From NCBI RefSeq assembly GCF_018398935.1, contig NZ_CP074694.1, positions 2,610,001 to 2,642,000 on the forward strand: a DNA stretch of 32,000 bases, written 5' to 3'. Shown here in pieces: positions 1 to 9,819 of this stretch. Position numbers and translations under genes: made by a program. The notes under the pieces were generated by a model. It had not been told where the DNA came from. It saw only the letters and a list, made by a program, of their open reading frames with translations, and made no database searches. The stretch is from Telmatocola sphagniphila. Its GTDB lineage: Bacteria > Planctomycetota > Planctomycetia > Gemmatales > Gemmataceae. Numbering within the stretch: position 1 is the stretch's first letter; every line of letters starts with the position of its first letter.

Positions 1-1143
1 AACGACGAGAACGTAAACTCCAGCAATCGGTAAAAGCGGAATCCGCCCCGTCCAGCGGAAGAACCAGTGCCGGGGTTGCGTTCGCCGATTGGCCAATCCC
101 ACCGCCCAACCCATGAAAAGCCTGGCCGGGAAGATGAAGAGCATGAAGATCAACGCCGGGAGCCAGCGGGTCTCACGCGGCAAGGCTTCCACTTTTAACA
201 AATAAAGCGGCAACGCGAACAACAGGGTTAGAAAAAACGCCAAGGTGAAGGCCCACGGGGCGTTTCGATACGTTCGTCTAACGGCCCGCAATTCAAACAT
301 CGCACTAAAGCGATTTTCTGAGGCCAGCCGCAATTGCAACAGGGGCAGATAGAGAATCACCAAGGCAAGTAACAACCCACCGACGACTCCGACAAAAGGA
401 GCCGCTTTGAAATGGGCATGTCCCATGGCCAGCAGCGTGACCGGTATAAACAGCCAGACGAAGGCTCCGGCAAAGCCGCGCAGTCCCAGCCAGAAAAAGT
501 ACGGCAGTCGGAGCGAAATGACAAAGTCCCAAGTGGCGTCACGTGCCCGGGCGTAGCTATCCCCCCGGCGAAGTTCTCGCATCACCGAGAGGAAATTGAA
601 CGGCCAAAGAAAGTAACGCAGTTTGCCGCCGCGAGCAATGGCCATGGCGATGTGAACAGCGGTTAAGGCCGCGAGAAGATACACACCCATCCGCCAATCG
701 GCTGCTTTACGACTCCCCGGATTGATAATCTCGGCACTAATCGCAATATCGCTCAAAAACCGGATCGGTAGCACCAGTAGCCAGCTAGCCGCTACCGCAA
801 TCCCCAAACGACTGGCCAGACGAATACCGATAAAGCCATCGCGAATCCGGCCGCTACGACTGATGCGGGCCGCCGATTCAAGCATGTATCCGAGGCTCAA
901 AAATTGCAGAATGGGAATCGCTGCCAGAAAGGCCAAGGCCACCAGCATGGAAACGAGGCCAAAAATCCACTGCACCCCATGGACGAATACCTTCAGAACC
1001 GAGCTAGGTGGGGAAGATTTTTTTTCGATAGGGTCTTCGAGAGTGACTTCCGGGGGCGAATCGAGCCAGACCATTCGAGAATCCAGCACAGGCGGCCGAG
1101 TGCCCGCAACGGAGGATTCAGGAATCGGTGGTCGGCTTTGCAT
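1..1143 (-). CDS. Polytopic integral membrane protein (possibly DUF4013-like); 3' end runs off the window
   Basis: My own reverse-strand translation from the ATG at 1143-1141 stays open to base 1 (381 codons). It is missing from the supplied track because it has no stop inside the window. Sequence: MQSRPPIPESS...WIFGLVSMLVALAFLAAIPILQFLSLGYMLESAARISRSGRIRDGF..., with at least 6 long hydrophobic segments. It is antisense to the implausible first 180 codons of + ORF 722..2869. Confidence 0.6.
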   Translation of the reverse strand, partial: MQSRPPIPESSVAGTRPPVLDSRMVWLDSPPEVTLEDPIEKKSSPPSSVLKVFVHGVQWIFGLVSMLVALAFLAAIPILQFLSLGYMLESAARISRSGRIRDGFIGIRLASRLGIAVAASWLLVLPIRFLSDIAISAEIINPGSRKAADWRMGVYLLAALTAVHIAMAIARGGKLRYFLWPFNFLSVMRELRRGDSYARARDATWDFVISLRLPYFFWLGLRGFAGAFVWLFIPVTLLAMGHAHFKAAPFVGVVGGLLLALVILYLPLLQLRLASENRFSAMFELRAVRRTYRNAPWAFTLAFFLTLLFALPLYLLKVEALPRETRWLPALIFMLFIFPARLFMGWAVGLANRRTQPRHWFFRWTGRIPLLPIAGVYVLVV

Positions 1144-1261
1144 GAAAAATATTACCTTCGCTCCCGGCCGAGGTTTCAGAAAAACTAAATTCCGCGGAAC
1201 GAAACCGGAAGAGATTTTCAATGGTAGTATACTTTCAGACAACTCTGGGGAGGTGTTCCCG

Positions 1262-2869
1262 ATGTGGCTGAAGAATCTGTTATTTCTGGGCTTACTGGCG
1301 GGCGGCGGACTGACGCTGGCCGCTAATCTGCTGCCGCCCCGGCATGGCAAAGCGCTATCGAACTATCATCCGGAAGCCTATAAGACAGCCGATTTTCAAA
1401 ATACCGTTCACAACGTAGACGGTTCGTTTCGCAAGTTATGGGAAGCGGAGAAAATTCAACCGACTACTCCCGCGACCAATCTCGCTATCGCCCGCCGTTT
1501 ATCCCTCGGCCTGATGGGAACCCTTCCTTCCCTCGAAGAAATTCGCCAGTTCGAATCTCTGCCAACCGAAGAGCAGATTCCCTGGTGGATCGACCATATC
1601 CTGCAGGATCGCCGCTATGCCGACTATTTTGCGGAACGGTTGACCCGGGCGGTGGTCGGCACGGAGGATGGGCCTTTCATTTTCTTTCGCCGTCGCAAAT
1701 TCGTCTCCTGGCTCGCCGATGAGGTTTTTCAAAATCGCCCGTACGATCAAATCGTTCGGCAGTTGATCGCCAGCGAAGGCATCTGGACCGACAAACCAGC
1801 CACCAACTTCATCAGCGTCACCATTGAGCCGGAAAAACAGAATCAGCCGAACCCGGTGCGAATCGCCGGCCGAGTGACCCGCGCTTTCCTGGGAATTCGA
1901 CTCGATTGTGCCCAGTGCCATAACCATCCTTTCGCCGAATGGAAACAGGCCGATTTTGAGGGCTTTGCCGCCTTCTTCGGCCAGACCCATGTGAGTCTGC
2001 GCGGCATTACCGATGGAACGGGTGATTACGAAGTCGAAGATATGAAGACGCAAGCTAAGCGGATGGTGGCTCCAAGGGTTGCGTTCTCGCCGGAACTTTT
2101 ACCGAACGAAGGAACCTTACGGGAACGGTTAGCCACCTGGATAACGCATCGCAAAAATCCTTATTTCGCCAAGGCCGCCGTGAATCGAGTCTGGGCCATC
2201 CTCAACGGTCAGCCTTTGGTTGCCCCCATCGACAACCTGCAAACCGATGGATTTATTCCGCCCGCCTTGCAAATCCTGGCCGACGATTTTGCCGAGCATA
2301 ATTACGACCTTCAACGCTTGATTCGAATCATCGCTCGCTTGCAGGTCTACCAGTTGGATAGCCAGTGCGAGCATGATTCTGGCGAGACCCTTGCCAGAAC
2401 TTTGGGAATCTTCCCTCTCACCCGGTTGCGACCGGAACAGATGGCCGGAAGCATCCTGCAAGCATCTTCTGTAACGACGAGCGATCTCGATTCCTACATC
2501 CTGCTCCGCCTGATGCGTTTCGGGCAACAGAACGAATTCCTGAAACGCTACGGCGATAGCGGGGATGACGAATTCGATAATCGTGGGGGCACTATTCCGC
2601 AAAGGCTGACGCTGATGAACGGCAAACTAGTCGAAGAGAAAATTAAGGAAAGCCCGCTGAATGCCAACACTCGCATTAAATGGCTGGCCGCTGATGATGC
2701 CCAGGCGGTGGAATCGGCCTACCTGGCCTGTCTGACTCGCCGGCCAACGACAGAAGAATTGCAATATTTTGAAAATCTCCTGAAAGACCCGACGATAACT
2801 CGCGGCCAGGCGCTGCAAAATCTCTTCTGGGCTCTGATCAATTCCACGGAGTTCTCATGGAACCACTAA
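1262..2869 (+). CDS. DUF1549/DUF1553 domain-containing protein
   Basis: In-frame ATG at 1262 preceded by GGGGAGG. N-terminal signal/TM MWLKNLLFLGLLAGGGLTLAA. Motifs ARRLSLGLMGTLPSLEEIRQFE, RLDCAQCHNHPF and the C-terminal LFWALINSTEFSWNH are typical of this planctomycete family. The stop overlaps the start of the DUF1501 partner gene. Confidence 0.85.
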   Translation: MWLKNLLFLGLLAGGGLTLAANLLPPRHGKALSNYHPEAYKTADFQNTVHNVDGSFRKLWEAEKIQPTTPATNLAIARRLSLGLMGTLPSLEEIRQFESLPTEEQIPWWIDHILQDRRYADYFAERLTRAVVGTEDGPFIFFRRRKFVSWLADEVFQNRPYDQIVRQLIASEGIWTDKPATNFISVTIEPEKQNQPNPVRIAGRVTRAFLGIRLDCAQCHNHPFAEWKQADFEGFAAFFGQTHVSLRGITDGTGDYEVEDMKTQAKRMVAPRVAFSPELLPNEGTLRERLATWITHRKNPYFAKAAVNRVWAILNGQPLVAPIDNLQTDGFIPPALQILADDFAEHNYDLQRLIRIIARLQVYQLDSQCEHDSGETLARTLGIFPLTRLRPEQMAGSILQASSVTTSDLDSYILLRLMRFGQQNEFLKRYGDSGDDEFDNRGGTIPQRLTLMNGKLVEEKIKESPLNANTRIKWLAADDAQAVESAYLACLTRRPTTEELQYFENLLKDPTITRGQALQNLFWALINSTEFSWNH

Positions 2870-4119
2870 ACCGCCGTCAGTTCTTTCGCAACACAGCCGC
2901 CCTGGCCGGAGCCACCTGGCTGACACCCGTGAGTCAATGGCTGGCCCGCGCGGATGAAAAAGCCCCTCATCGAGCCACGGCCAATTCCGTGATCGTCCTC
3001 TGGATGGCGGGCGGCCCCAGCCAACTGGAAACTTTCGATCCGCACCCGAACACCAATATTGCTGGCGGCACGACCGCTATCAAAACGGCGACCAAAGATA
3101 TTCAGCTGGCTAAAGGCTTTGAAAGACTCGCCGAGGAAATGGCCTCGGTTTCAATCATTCGATCGATGATGAGCAAGGAAGGCGACCACGAACGGGGAAC
3201 GTACGCCCTGAAAACGGGATTCCGACCTGACCCCACCGTGATCTACCCCGCCCTGGGAGCGATTGCCTGCCACGAATTGGCGATCGGTAAAACCGAAATC
3301 CCCAGACACGTCAGCATCCTCTCTTCGCAATGGCCAGCGCGCGGCGGCTACCTCGGCGATAAATACGATGCTTTTCTGATGGATGACCCTGCTAACCCGG
3401 TGCCCGATACCAAATCCTTTCTGCCCGCAGCTCAGGAACAGAAACGACTGGAGAGCTTGAATATTTTGGATCGCGCCTTTTCGCGCGGCCGAGAGAAACG
3501 GGTGGATGAGACACTGCACCGCGAGACGATTCAAGGCGCTCTGAGGATGATGAGCTCGGAACAACTGAAAGCCTTTGATGTGTCCTCCGAACCTCGCGAA
3601 CTACGCACTTCCTATGGCGATACCCCGTTCGGGAGAGGTTGCCTGGCCGCCCGGCGCCTGATTCAAGCCGGTGTACGCTGTGTGGAAGTCACGCTGAGTG
3701 GTTGGGATTCGCATGTGAATAATCACACGATTTGCAGTAACAACCTCAAAATACTCGATCCGGCATTCAGTACTCTGATTCGCGACCTGCGGGAAAAAGG
3801 GCTTTTAGAAAAAACGATGGTTTTATGCATGGGAGAATTCGGGCGAACACCTGTGATCAATCCCGCCGGTGGCCGCGACCACTGGCCGACGGGCTTTAGT
3901 CTCGCCCTGGCAGGCGGCGGCATTCGCGGCGGACAAGTGATTGGCCAGACCGATCCGGAAGGTAAGCATCCGCCGGCAGATCCGGTCAAGGTAGGTGATC
4001 TGCACGCCACCGTGCTATCCGCACTTGGCATCGATTACAAGAAGGTCAACGAAACGCCAATCGGTAGAACCATCCGCTTCAGCGAGGGGGAGCCAATTCC
4101 TCAGCTGGTGAAAAGCTGA
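2857..4119 (+). CDS. DUF1501 domain-containing protein (sulfatase-fold, Tat signal)
   Basis: Twin-arginine leader MEPLNRRQFFRNTAALAGATWL. Motifs GGPSQLETFDP, GWDSH and GEFGRTP...GRDHW. Overlaps the upstream DUF1549/1553 gene by 13 nt, the classic pairing. Confidence 0.9.
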   Translation: MEPLNRRQFFRNTAALAGATWLTPVSQWLARADEKAPHRATANSVIVLWMAGGPSQLETFDPHPNTNIAGGTTAIKTATKDIQLAKGFERLAEEMASVSIIRSMMSKEGDHERGTYALKTGFRPDPTVIYPALGAIACHELAIGKTEIPRHVSILSSQWPARGGYLGDKYDAFLMDDPANPVPDTKSFLPAAQEQKRLESLNILDRAFSRGREKRVDETLHRETIQGALRMMSSEQLKAFDVSSEPRELRTSYGDTPFGRGCLAARRLIQAGVRCVEVTLSGWDSHVNNHTICSNNLKILDPAFSTLIRDLREKGLLEKTMVLCMGEFGRTPVINPAGGRDHWPTGFSLALAGGGIRGGQVIGQTDPEGKHPPADPVKVGDLHATVLSALGIDYKKVNETPIGRTIRFSEGEPIPQLVKS

Positions 4120-4395
4120 TTCATCCGGTTGAAGGCAAAACCCATTAAGTTATTCTGGAATAAAGAATACATCGCCTGGATTGGTAGATCGGGTGTTGGG
4201 GACAGTTTTGAAAAGCAGATCGTAGATGGACATTTCGAACAAATCTCTTCGAATTAGAATCAAATCGTAAGCGCCAAAATATAAAGAACTGAGGCAGATG
4301 AGGGGAAACAGAAATTTCGAATAGCATCCTATTTTTCCTTTACTTTTTGAGTCGCAATTGATTTATTATGATAGCTAGTACACGAGGGATGAATC

Positions 4396-6393
4396 TTGCC
4401 CGAAGATAAACCATCAGAGCCGCCTCTTAACAAAGATAACCAATTGCGGCCTGCGGACGCAGCATCCAATCCTTTATCGGATCTTGCGGCCGCCATTAGC
4501 ACTCCGGCGGAGCATGCGGAAACCCACCCTACTATCCAACTGCCCCAAGCCAATTCAGATGGAATACAGGATTCCGAAAAGACAGGTTCGTTTAGAACAG
4601 CCGGAAATTCTAAGACAATTTCAACTTCAAAAGCAAATGAACCTGTTTCCTCGCAGATAGAAAAAGCCTGCGAGATATCCATACCCGGCATAAGTGGACT
4701 GAAACTCGTGGACCAGGGAGGAATGGGGCTGGTCTATGAGGGCTATGACGTATTGGGACGCCACTTGGCCATCAAGATGATTCGTGCTTCCAGGATGAGT
4801 GCAACGAGCTTGGCACGCTTTCAAGAAGAAGCCGAGGCCATGGCACATCTCGAGCACGACAATATCGCTCAGGTACTAAGTTTCGGCACGGTAAATGGCG
4901 ATCCGTACTATGTAATGAAGTACTTCAAGGGCGGCAGTCTGGCCAAGCGAATGGCGGAATTTCAGAAAGATCCAAAGAAATCGCTGCTGCTAATTGCCAA
5001 AATTTCCAATGCGGTGGAGTTTCTGCATTCGAAGGGTCATTTACATCGAGATATTAAACCGCAAAATATTCTCCTGGATGAGAACGACGAACCGCACCTC
5101 AGCGACTTCGGACTGGTCAAAAGAGTTACAGAAGATCCTGCACTTCAAGATGAATCTTCGAAAGATGACTTCTTGAACCTCACGGAGCAAAGTAGCGTAG
5201 AAACGACCTCCAAGATCCACAAAACGGCTGCGGGATTTTTTCTCGGCACTCCAGGCTACTCCAGTCCGGAACAGGCCAAGGGGCTTTTGAACGCGGCTGG
5301 TCCACATTGGGATACCTGGTCCTTGGGAGTGATTCTTTACGAATTGATGACAGGCCGGAAACCATTTCCCTTCAAATCGCTCGAACAATACAGTGCGGCC
5401 ATCAATGAAAAGGATGCCCAGACTCCTATTGAAATCAATCCCAAGATGGACAAACGAATCAATCAATTGATTATGAGTTGTCTGGCCCGAGACCCCAATA
5501 AAAGGTTGCGAAGCGCCCAGCAAATTGAGGAGCAGATTCGGAAGGTGGTTGCTCCCCCGAAGCGCAATATCTTGATTTACGTTCTTCCGCTTCTCGCTAT
5601 TACAATCGCACTTTATTTTGCGATTAGAAATCCAAATCCTCAAGAAGTAGAAGCCCGGAAGCAGGCTGCGGCCTCAAAAAAATTAGCCAGTGGAGAAGCC
5701 GTTGAGATCGTTCGGCCCGACGGCGAGGAAGTAGTACCGATTCTCTTTGGTTCGCCGAGCGAATACAGCCGCAAGTATATGCACTATGGATTAATTCACC
5801 TGGAATCGGATGTTTCTTGCCTTGCGGATTGTCTGAAATCAGTACCGGTATCGAATTTCACTTTTCAATTTGACTTTCGCTACAATTCGAAGCCCGAAGA
5901 TGGAGCTGCCATTGGCATTTATTGCGATCGGCAGGAAGCGAGAAAAGCCGATGTCGTCTATCAGCAAGTTCTGATGTGCAAAGTGATGGCCGCGGATTTT
6001 TTAAGGGCGAAGAAGGACGATCCTATGCCTTTCGCCGTGCATATTGGCCATACCATTTTTCCGTATGACAAAAATTCGATAATGACGTACATGGAAAATT
6101 TTGCTCCCGAACGGCTCAAAGGTGTTCAGAAAATTGCGGAGATTAAAGAAAAAGAATGGCATACGTTCAGATTGGAAGCGCAAGAAAAATCGTTTATTTT
6201 TTCGCTCGACTCTCAGGTTCTTTACACTTTGCGCCGGCCGTACTCGGGCGCGCGGAATTCTAGCCTCGATAACTTTGCCCGAACAATTCACGGAAATTCT
6301 TATAAACCCGATCAAGTCGGGAATGCATGTGGCATTCACATAATGCAGGGGGGAATTCAGATTCGTAACGTGCGGGTGGAACCTCTTAGATAG
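4396..6393 (+). CDS. Ser/Thr protein kinase with one TM helix and a C-terminal DUF1080-like (lectin/glucanase-fold) domain
   Basis: Gly loop GGMGLVYEG, AIK lysine, catalytic loop HRDIKPQNILL, DFG, SPE. TM segment ILIYVLPLLAITIALYFAI. The C-terminus ...WHTFRLEAQEKSFIFSLD...IHIMQGGIQIRNVRVEPL resembles DUF1080. There is no ATG upstream of the kinase domain. The start is a TTG at 4396 with GAGGG 7 nt upstream. Confidence 0.85.
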   Translation: MPEDKPSEPPLNKDNQLRPADAASNPLSDLAAAISTPAEHAETHPTIQLPQANSDGIQDSEKTGSFRTAGNSKTISTSKANEPVSSQIEKACEISIPGISGLKLVDQGGMGLVYEGYDVLGRHLAIKMIRASRMSATSLARFQEEAEAMAHLEHDNIAQVLSFGTVNGDPYYVMKYFKGGSLAKRMAEFQKDPKKSLLLIAKISNAVEFLHSKGHLHRDIKPQNILLDENDEPHLSDFGLVKRVTEDPALQDESSKDDFLNLTEQSSVETTSKIHKTAAGFFLGTPGYSSPEQAKGLLNAAGPHWDTWSLGVILYELMTGRKPFPFKSLEQYSAAINEKDAQTPIEINPKMDKRINQLIMSCLARDPNKRLRSAQQIEEQIRKVVAPPKRNILIYVLPLLAITIALYFAIRNPNPQEVEARKQAAASKKLASGEAVEIVRPDGEEVVPILFGSPSEYSRKYMHYGLIHLESDVSCLADCLKSVPVSNFTFQFDFRYNSKPEDGAAIGIYCDRQEARKADVVYQQVLMCKVMAADFLRAKKDDPMPFAVHIGHTIFPYDKNSIMTYMENFAPERLKGVQKIAEIKEKEWHTFRLEAQEKSFIFSLDSQVLYTLRRPYSGARNSSLDNFARTIHGNSYKPDQVGNACGIHIMQGGIQIRNVRVEPLR

Positions 6394-6433
6394 CAAACCA
6401 GCTGTTTTTTACTACTCTTCGAGGCAGATGTAG

Positions 6434-6772
6434 ATGAGTAAACAAAAATTGAGCGGACAATCTGAAACTCTTACGCCCGCCGTGAAAGCCGTGCTGGGAT
6501 GTACCCTGAGACCTGGCACAACCTTCACGAGTGGCGCAACGATCAATTATCCCATCACGATCTCTGGCTGCGCCACAGCGAATTGGACTGTCTCACTCAC
6601 GGATGCAAATGGTAATCCTGTCGCTATCACACCGAATAGTGGATCCGTCTCGCTGCCAGGAACGATTAGTATCCTGCTCCCAACGGGGACAGCCCAAGTT
6701 GTGCTCAACTTGATTTGCACTCAAGGCTGTCTCGCGGCCTTAACGCTTACAGATGAAGTTGTGGTGACCTAA
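6434..6772 (+). CDS. Hypothetical small protein (Thr/Gly/Ser-rich, beta-rich)
   Basis: 112-aa ORF 40 nt downstream of the kinase on the same strand, with core-like composition. No recognisable motif. Confidence 0.4.
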   Translation: MSKQKLSGQSETLTPAVKAVLGCTLRPGTTFTSGATINYPITISGCATANWTVSLTDANGNPVAITPNSGSVSLPGTISILLPTGTAQVVLNLICTQGCLAALTLTDEVVVT

Positions 6773-7116
6773 AATTTGTATTTTTGATCGATGCTTCATC
6801 AGTGTTGGTTTTAACCCATCTAGAGATCGTGGGATTCCATCCCCGTTCGTTTTGGCGAGCTATGAGAATTCGAATTGCTGCTACCGGGTTTCCCTACTTA
6901 AAAAGACCATCGATTGAAGCTGATCAGCTAACTTCGAAGATTCAGATTGGGAAACCCGCCCAGATCGAGCTTTATTCCTGAACGAGTGCACAATCAGCTT
7001 TATGAAGGGCTCTTTTCGAGAGTGCTTGCTATCCACACTTGATGCTTACCATGATCTTTTAGTGATCGGACGCGATCGCTTCTACCTGGTGCCTCAGAAT
7101 CTGCAAAAATAGCTGC

Positions 7117-7377
7117 CTATTTTTGAATCACGTAAAAATAGGTAGCGTCCATTCCTCTTCCCACGATTCTGGTGATTGTTATCGGGGATTTTTTGGTTTC
7201 CTCGTAGTCCATGAGGATGAACCTGTTTCCAACCATGGGAAACGGGGCTAAGGTCGACAACTCCTCGTCATCGGTCGTTTTCCTTCGAAGGATAAAACCT
7301 CCTTTGTCCTGGAGAACGACTTGTTCCCAAATGCGATTGGCTTTTCTATCCGTCAAGGTGTGATAAGACTCAAACAT
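7117..7377 (-). CDS. Hypothetical small protein
   Basis: 86-aa ORF with GGAG 9 nt upstream of the ATG. No recognisable family. Confidence 0.4.
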   Translation of the reverse strand: MFESYHTLTDRKANRIWEQVVLQDKGGFILRRKTTDDEELSTLAPFPMVGNRFILMDYEETKKSPITITRIVGRGMDATYFYVIQK

Positions 7378-7727
7378 GAAAGAACTCCGGTGGGCAGGTT
7401 CATCTTACCACGAATACGTCCGCTCGCATGCGACCAAATCGCCGATCAAGAACTTTCTTCAAGAGTGGTATTACTGGTTTGGCCAAATCGGTGGAAGTCG
7501 CAGTTAGGAAGTTGTCCTTTACCGCGGTTTGATCGCACTTTGAAATTAGAATAGCCGAATAGTTATTGAATTGCCAATCGTCGATTACGCTGCGAATTTG
7601 GTAAGGGAATTGACCTGTTAAGTCGGTTTTTCCCCGCCGTCTTTGATCGGTGATAAATCGTACCTCGCTCCTACCCCGCCTCGTGTCTGTACAATTTTCC
7701 TTTTCCTTTTTGCTGAGGCTTAGGATT

Positions 7728-9032
7728 CGCGCCAAATTAAGTTACCGAATTCTTAGTACCTATGAGGGATGGATTTCATAGTTCCACTCGCCGTGAAATT
7801 CGTTTCGTTTGATATTGCACTCCGCCAGTTTTTCATCGCTCACTTTTCGGCCTTTTTCATAGGAATTTTCGTCGACCCAAACATGGACTTCCAACCCCGT
7901 TTCCGTCGTCGTCGCGGCTATCGATTCGACCACTACCTCCAAGGTTTCCAAAGGGACGCCCTGCCAATTCCGTGTAATGTGGCAAAACAACCGATGTTCG
8001 ATCTTGTTCCACTTGCTCATTCCGGGCGGATAATGACAAACCTCGATGATCAATCCCGTCTGATCCGCCCACCTCTGCAACTCCACTTTCCACAGACGGC
8101 ACCGCGAGCTGTTACTCCCTCCGCTGTCCGCGGTTACCAACAACCGTTTCGCACTCCCATAACGCTTGCGGCCCAATTTCTCCCACCAACGCCGAATCGC
8201 ACCGACCGCAAACTCAGCCGTGTCGCGACTGATTCCTACCGACACTCCCGCCTCATTGCCCTGAATGTCGTAAACGCCGTACGGCACGATCTTGCCCAAT
8301 TCCGGATCCGGAAAATCATGCGTCTTGACTTGCTGAGGAACCCCTTGAGGCCGATACGTTTTCCCCGGATTCTTCAGATTTCCCAGCGTTTCTTTCTTCT
8401 TGGTGTCAACCGAAATCGCTGGCTCTCCTCGACGCTGACGCGCTTTCACCCGATTGGATATATGGTGAAATTGGCCGTCCCGATCCGGATGCTGACGACC
8501 TTCCCGCGTTTTGCGATTGCCCTGCAAACTATACTTCATCTCAATCAGCAGACGACGCACCGAAGTCGCACTCACCTTGTAACCTTGCTTTTTCAGTTCA
8601 GAGGCCAGTCGATAAGTACTCTTGATCGTCCAACGCAAGGGATTCATCGGAGAACCCCGAACCGTTGGCTCGATCAGACCATTTAAAGCGTCCCGCAGGT
8701 CTGGTTGCGTTACCGTATGAGATTTGCGACCCCCGCCGCTTCGACGTTGACGAGAGCCGGGAAGCGGATCGGGATCGTCGAGTTCCTTCAGGCCCGTTCG
8801 AATAGTGCGATCCGACAGGCCCGTGGCTAACGCCACGGCTGTGATCCCTCCATGCCCCAAGGCTCTCGATTCCACGGCCGCCCACCGTCGACGACCACGC
8901 TCATCTAAATCGTCGAGCAGTACCATGTACTTCTCGCGAATCGCCTCTATAGTTGCTGCATCCTGCATCGCAGGATCTTAGCAGAATAAACTATAAGGAT
9001 TCAAGACCAATTCGGTAACTTATTTTGTCGCG
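7728..9032 (-). mobile_element. ISAzo13-family insertion sequence, apparently intact
   Basis: A single 402-aa transposase ORF is flanked by imperfect 24-bp terminal inverted repeats: 7728-7751 cgcgccaaattaagttaccgaatt, and 9009-9032 whose reverse complement is cgcgacaaaataagttaccgaatt (22/24 match). ATT on both outer flanks (7725-7727 and 9033-9035) is a possible 3-bp target duplication. Confidence 0.85.
7760..8968 (-). CDS. ISAzo13-family (Rhodopirellula-type DDE) transposase
   Basis: The N-terminus ...LDERGRRRWAAVESRALGHGGITAVALATGLSDRTIRTGLKEL and the downstream DDE region (ISVDTKKKE, VTADSGGSN, WNKIEHRLF) match my memory of this family. The reading frame is uninterrupted. Confidence 0.9.
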   Translation of the reverse strand: MQDAATIEAIREKYMVLLDDLDERGRRRWAAVESRALGHGGITAVALATGLSDRTIRTGLKELDDPDPLPGSRQRRSGGGRKSHTVTQPDLRDALNGLIEPTVRGSPMNPLRWTIKSTYRLASELKKQGYKVSATSVRRLLIEMKYSLQGNRKTREGRQHPDRDGQFHHISNRVKARQRRGEPAISVDTKKKETLGNLKNPGKTYRPQGVPQQVKTHDFPDPELGKIVPYGVYDIQGNEAGVSVGISRDTAEFAVGAIRRWWEKLGRKRYGSAKRLLVTADSGGSNSSRCRLWKVELQRWADQTGLIIEVCHYPPGMSKWNKIEHRLFCHITRNWQGVPLETLEVVVESIAATTTETGLEVHVWVDENSYEKGRKVSDEKLAECNIKRNEFHGEWNYEIHPS

Positions 9033-9195
9033 ATTACATAGGGCAAATACAAAGCAAAGCTTCGGAGAGAATATAAAATCTCTAAATCATTATGATTTGA
9101 ACTTTTCAGTAAATACACAGCATCCATGTAAATTAAACCAAATCTCTATTGTCCAAATAAAAATATCCAAACAACATTTATCTATGACTACTGAA

Positions 9196-9819
9196 TCAAT
9201 ATTTAATTCCTGGCCTTTGCTTGTAAAGATTTTCAGGTCGACCAAAATCCACTTTATGCAATTTCGGTACCGCTCGCAACAGATTCTCAGTTTCCAATGA
9301 AGAAAAGAACACTTTAAAACCAGTCCAACGATCAAGCTCCAACCGCAAAGCGCCGTGCGATACACTATCGGGAATATCTGGAGGAGTTTTCCCAATTAAT
9401 ATTAAATTATGAATACCACATGACTCACAAACTTTCCCAAATCGATGCGACTCAGGCAATGCCCTCCCATTAATCAGATATAATGGGTAACAAATATAAT
9501 AATCCAGATCATTTGTAACTCGGATAAATTTAAAGCACTTAGGAACCACTTGCTCAAACACATCAACTATGCTGGAATGGGCTAATATCATATCTTCAAA
9601 AGAAAGTATCAAATTCACCCTACCTTTTGGCTTTTGGATCTTGCCAATAGGTTGATATTCCAAAACGGCTTTTGTAATATCTAGGCGTTTACACGTCGCA
9701 CAGTAGGCTTTCGAATAAGTATCAATTAATTCAACGCGTGATTTCTCCTGGTTAAATCTATGGAAAAGCATTGGCACTATCGAGGAATCATGCACAGAAA
9801 AGAAAAAATAACCCTTCAT
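9196..9819 (-). CDS. Hypothetical protein with two CxxC motifs; possible double-CXXCG/SitI6-like immunity protein
   Basis: 207-aa AT-rich ORF with CATCK near residue 41 and CESCG near residue 131. Size and motif spacing recall the Myxococcus double-CXXCG paralogous family, but this is a weak, memory-based call. Its ATG overlaps the stop of an upstream ORF stub (ATGA at 9816-9819). Confidence 0.55.
   Translation of the reverse strand: MKGYFFFSVHDSSIVPMLFHRFNQEKSRVELIDTYSKAYCATCKRLDITKAVLEYQPIGKIQKPKGRVNLILSFEDMILAHSSIVDVFEQVVPKCFKFIRVTNDLDYYICYPLYLINGRALPESHRFGKVCESCGIHNLILIGKTPPDIPDSVSHGALRLELDRWTGFKVFFSSLETENLLRAVPKLHKVDFGRPENLYKQRPGIKY

Noticed and set aside
722-1261. N-terminal 180 codons of the 715-aa + ORF (722..2869)
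   Set aside because: The sequence is Arg/Ser-rich and not protein-like, and it is exactly antisense to the open reverse-strand membrane-protein frame (1..1143). The DUF1549/1553 protein has a proper RBS, ATG and signal peptide at 1262.
5041-5643. 200-aa reverse-strand ORF
   Set aside because: Antisense to the kinase catalytic domain.
7400-7735. 111-aa reverse-strand ORF upstream of the 86-aa gene
   Set aside because: Its start codon lies inside the IS terminal inverted repeat, and the N-terminal part is low-complexity and basic. At best it is a remnant or fusion created by the insertion, so it is not called as a gene.
7769-8686. 305-aa + strand ORF inside the IS
   Set aside because: It is antisense to the ISAzo13 transposase, and the transposase frame carries the family motifs.
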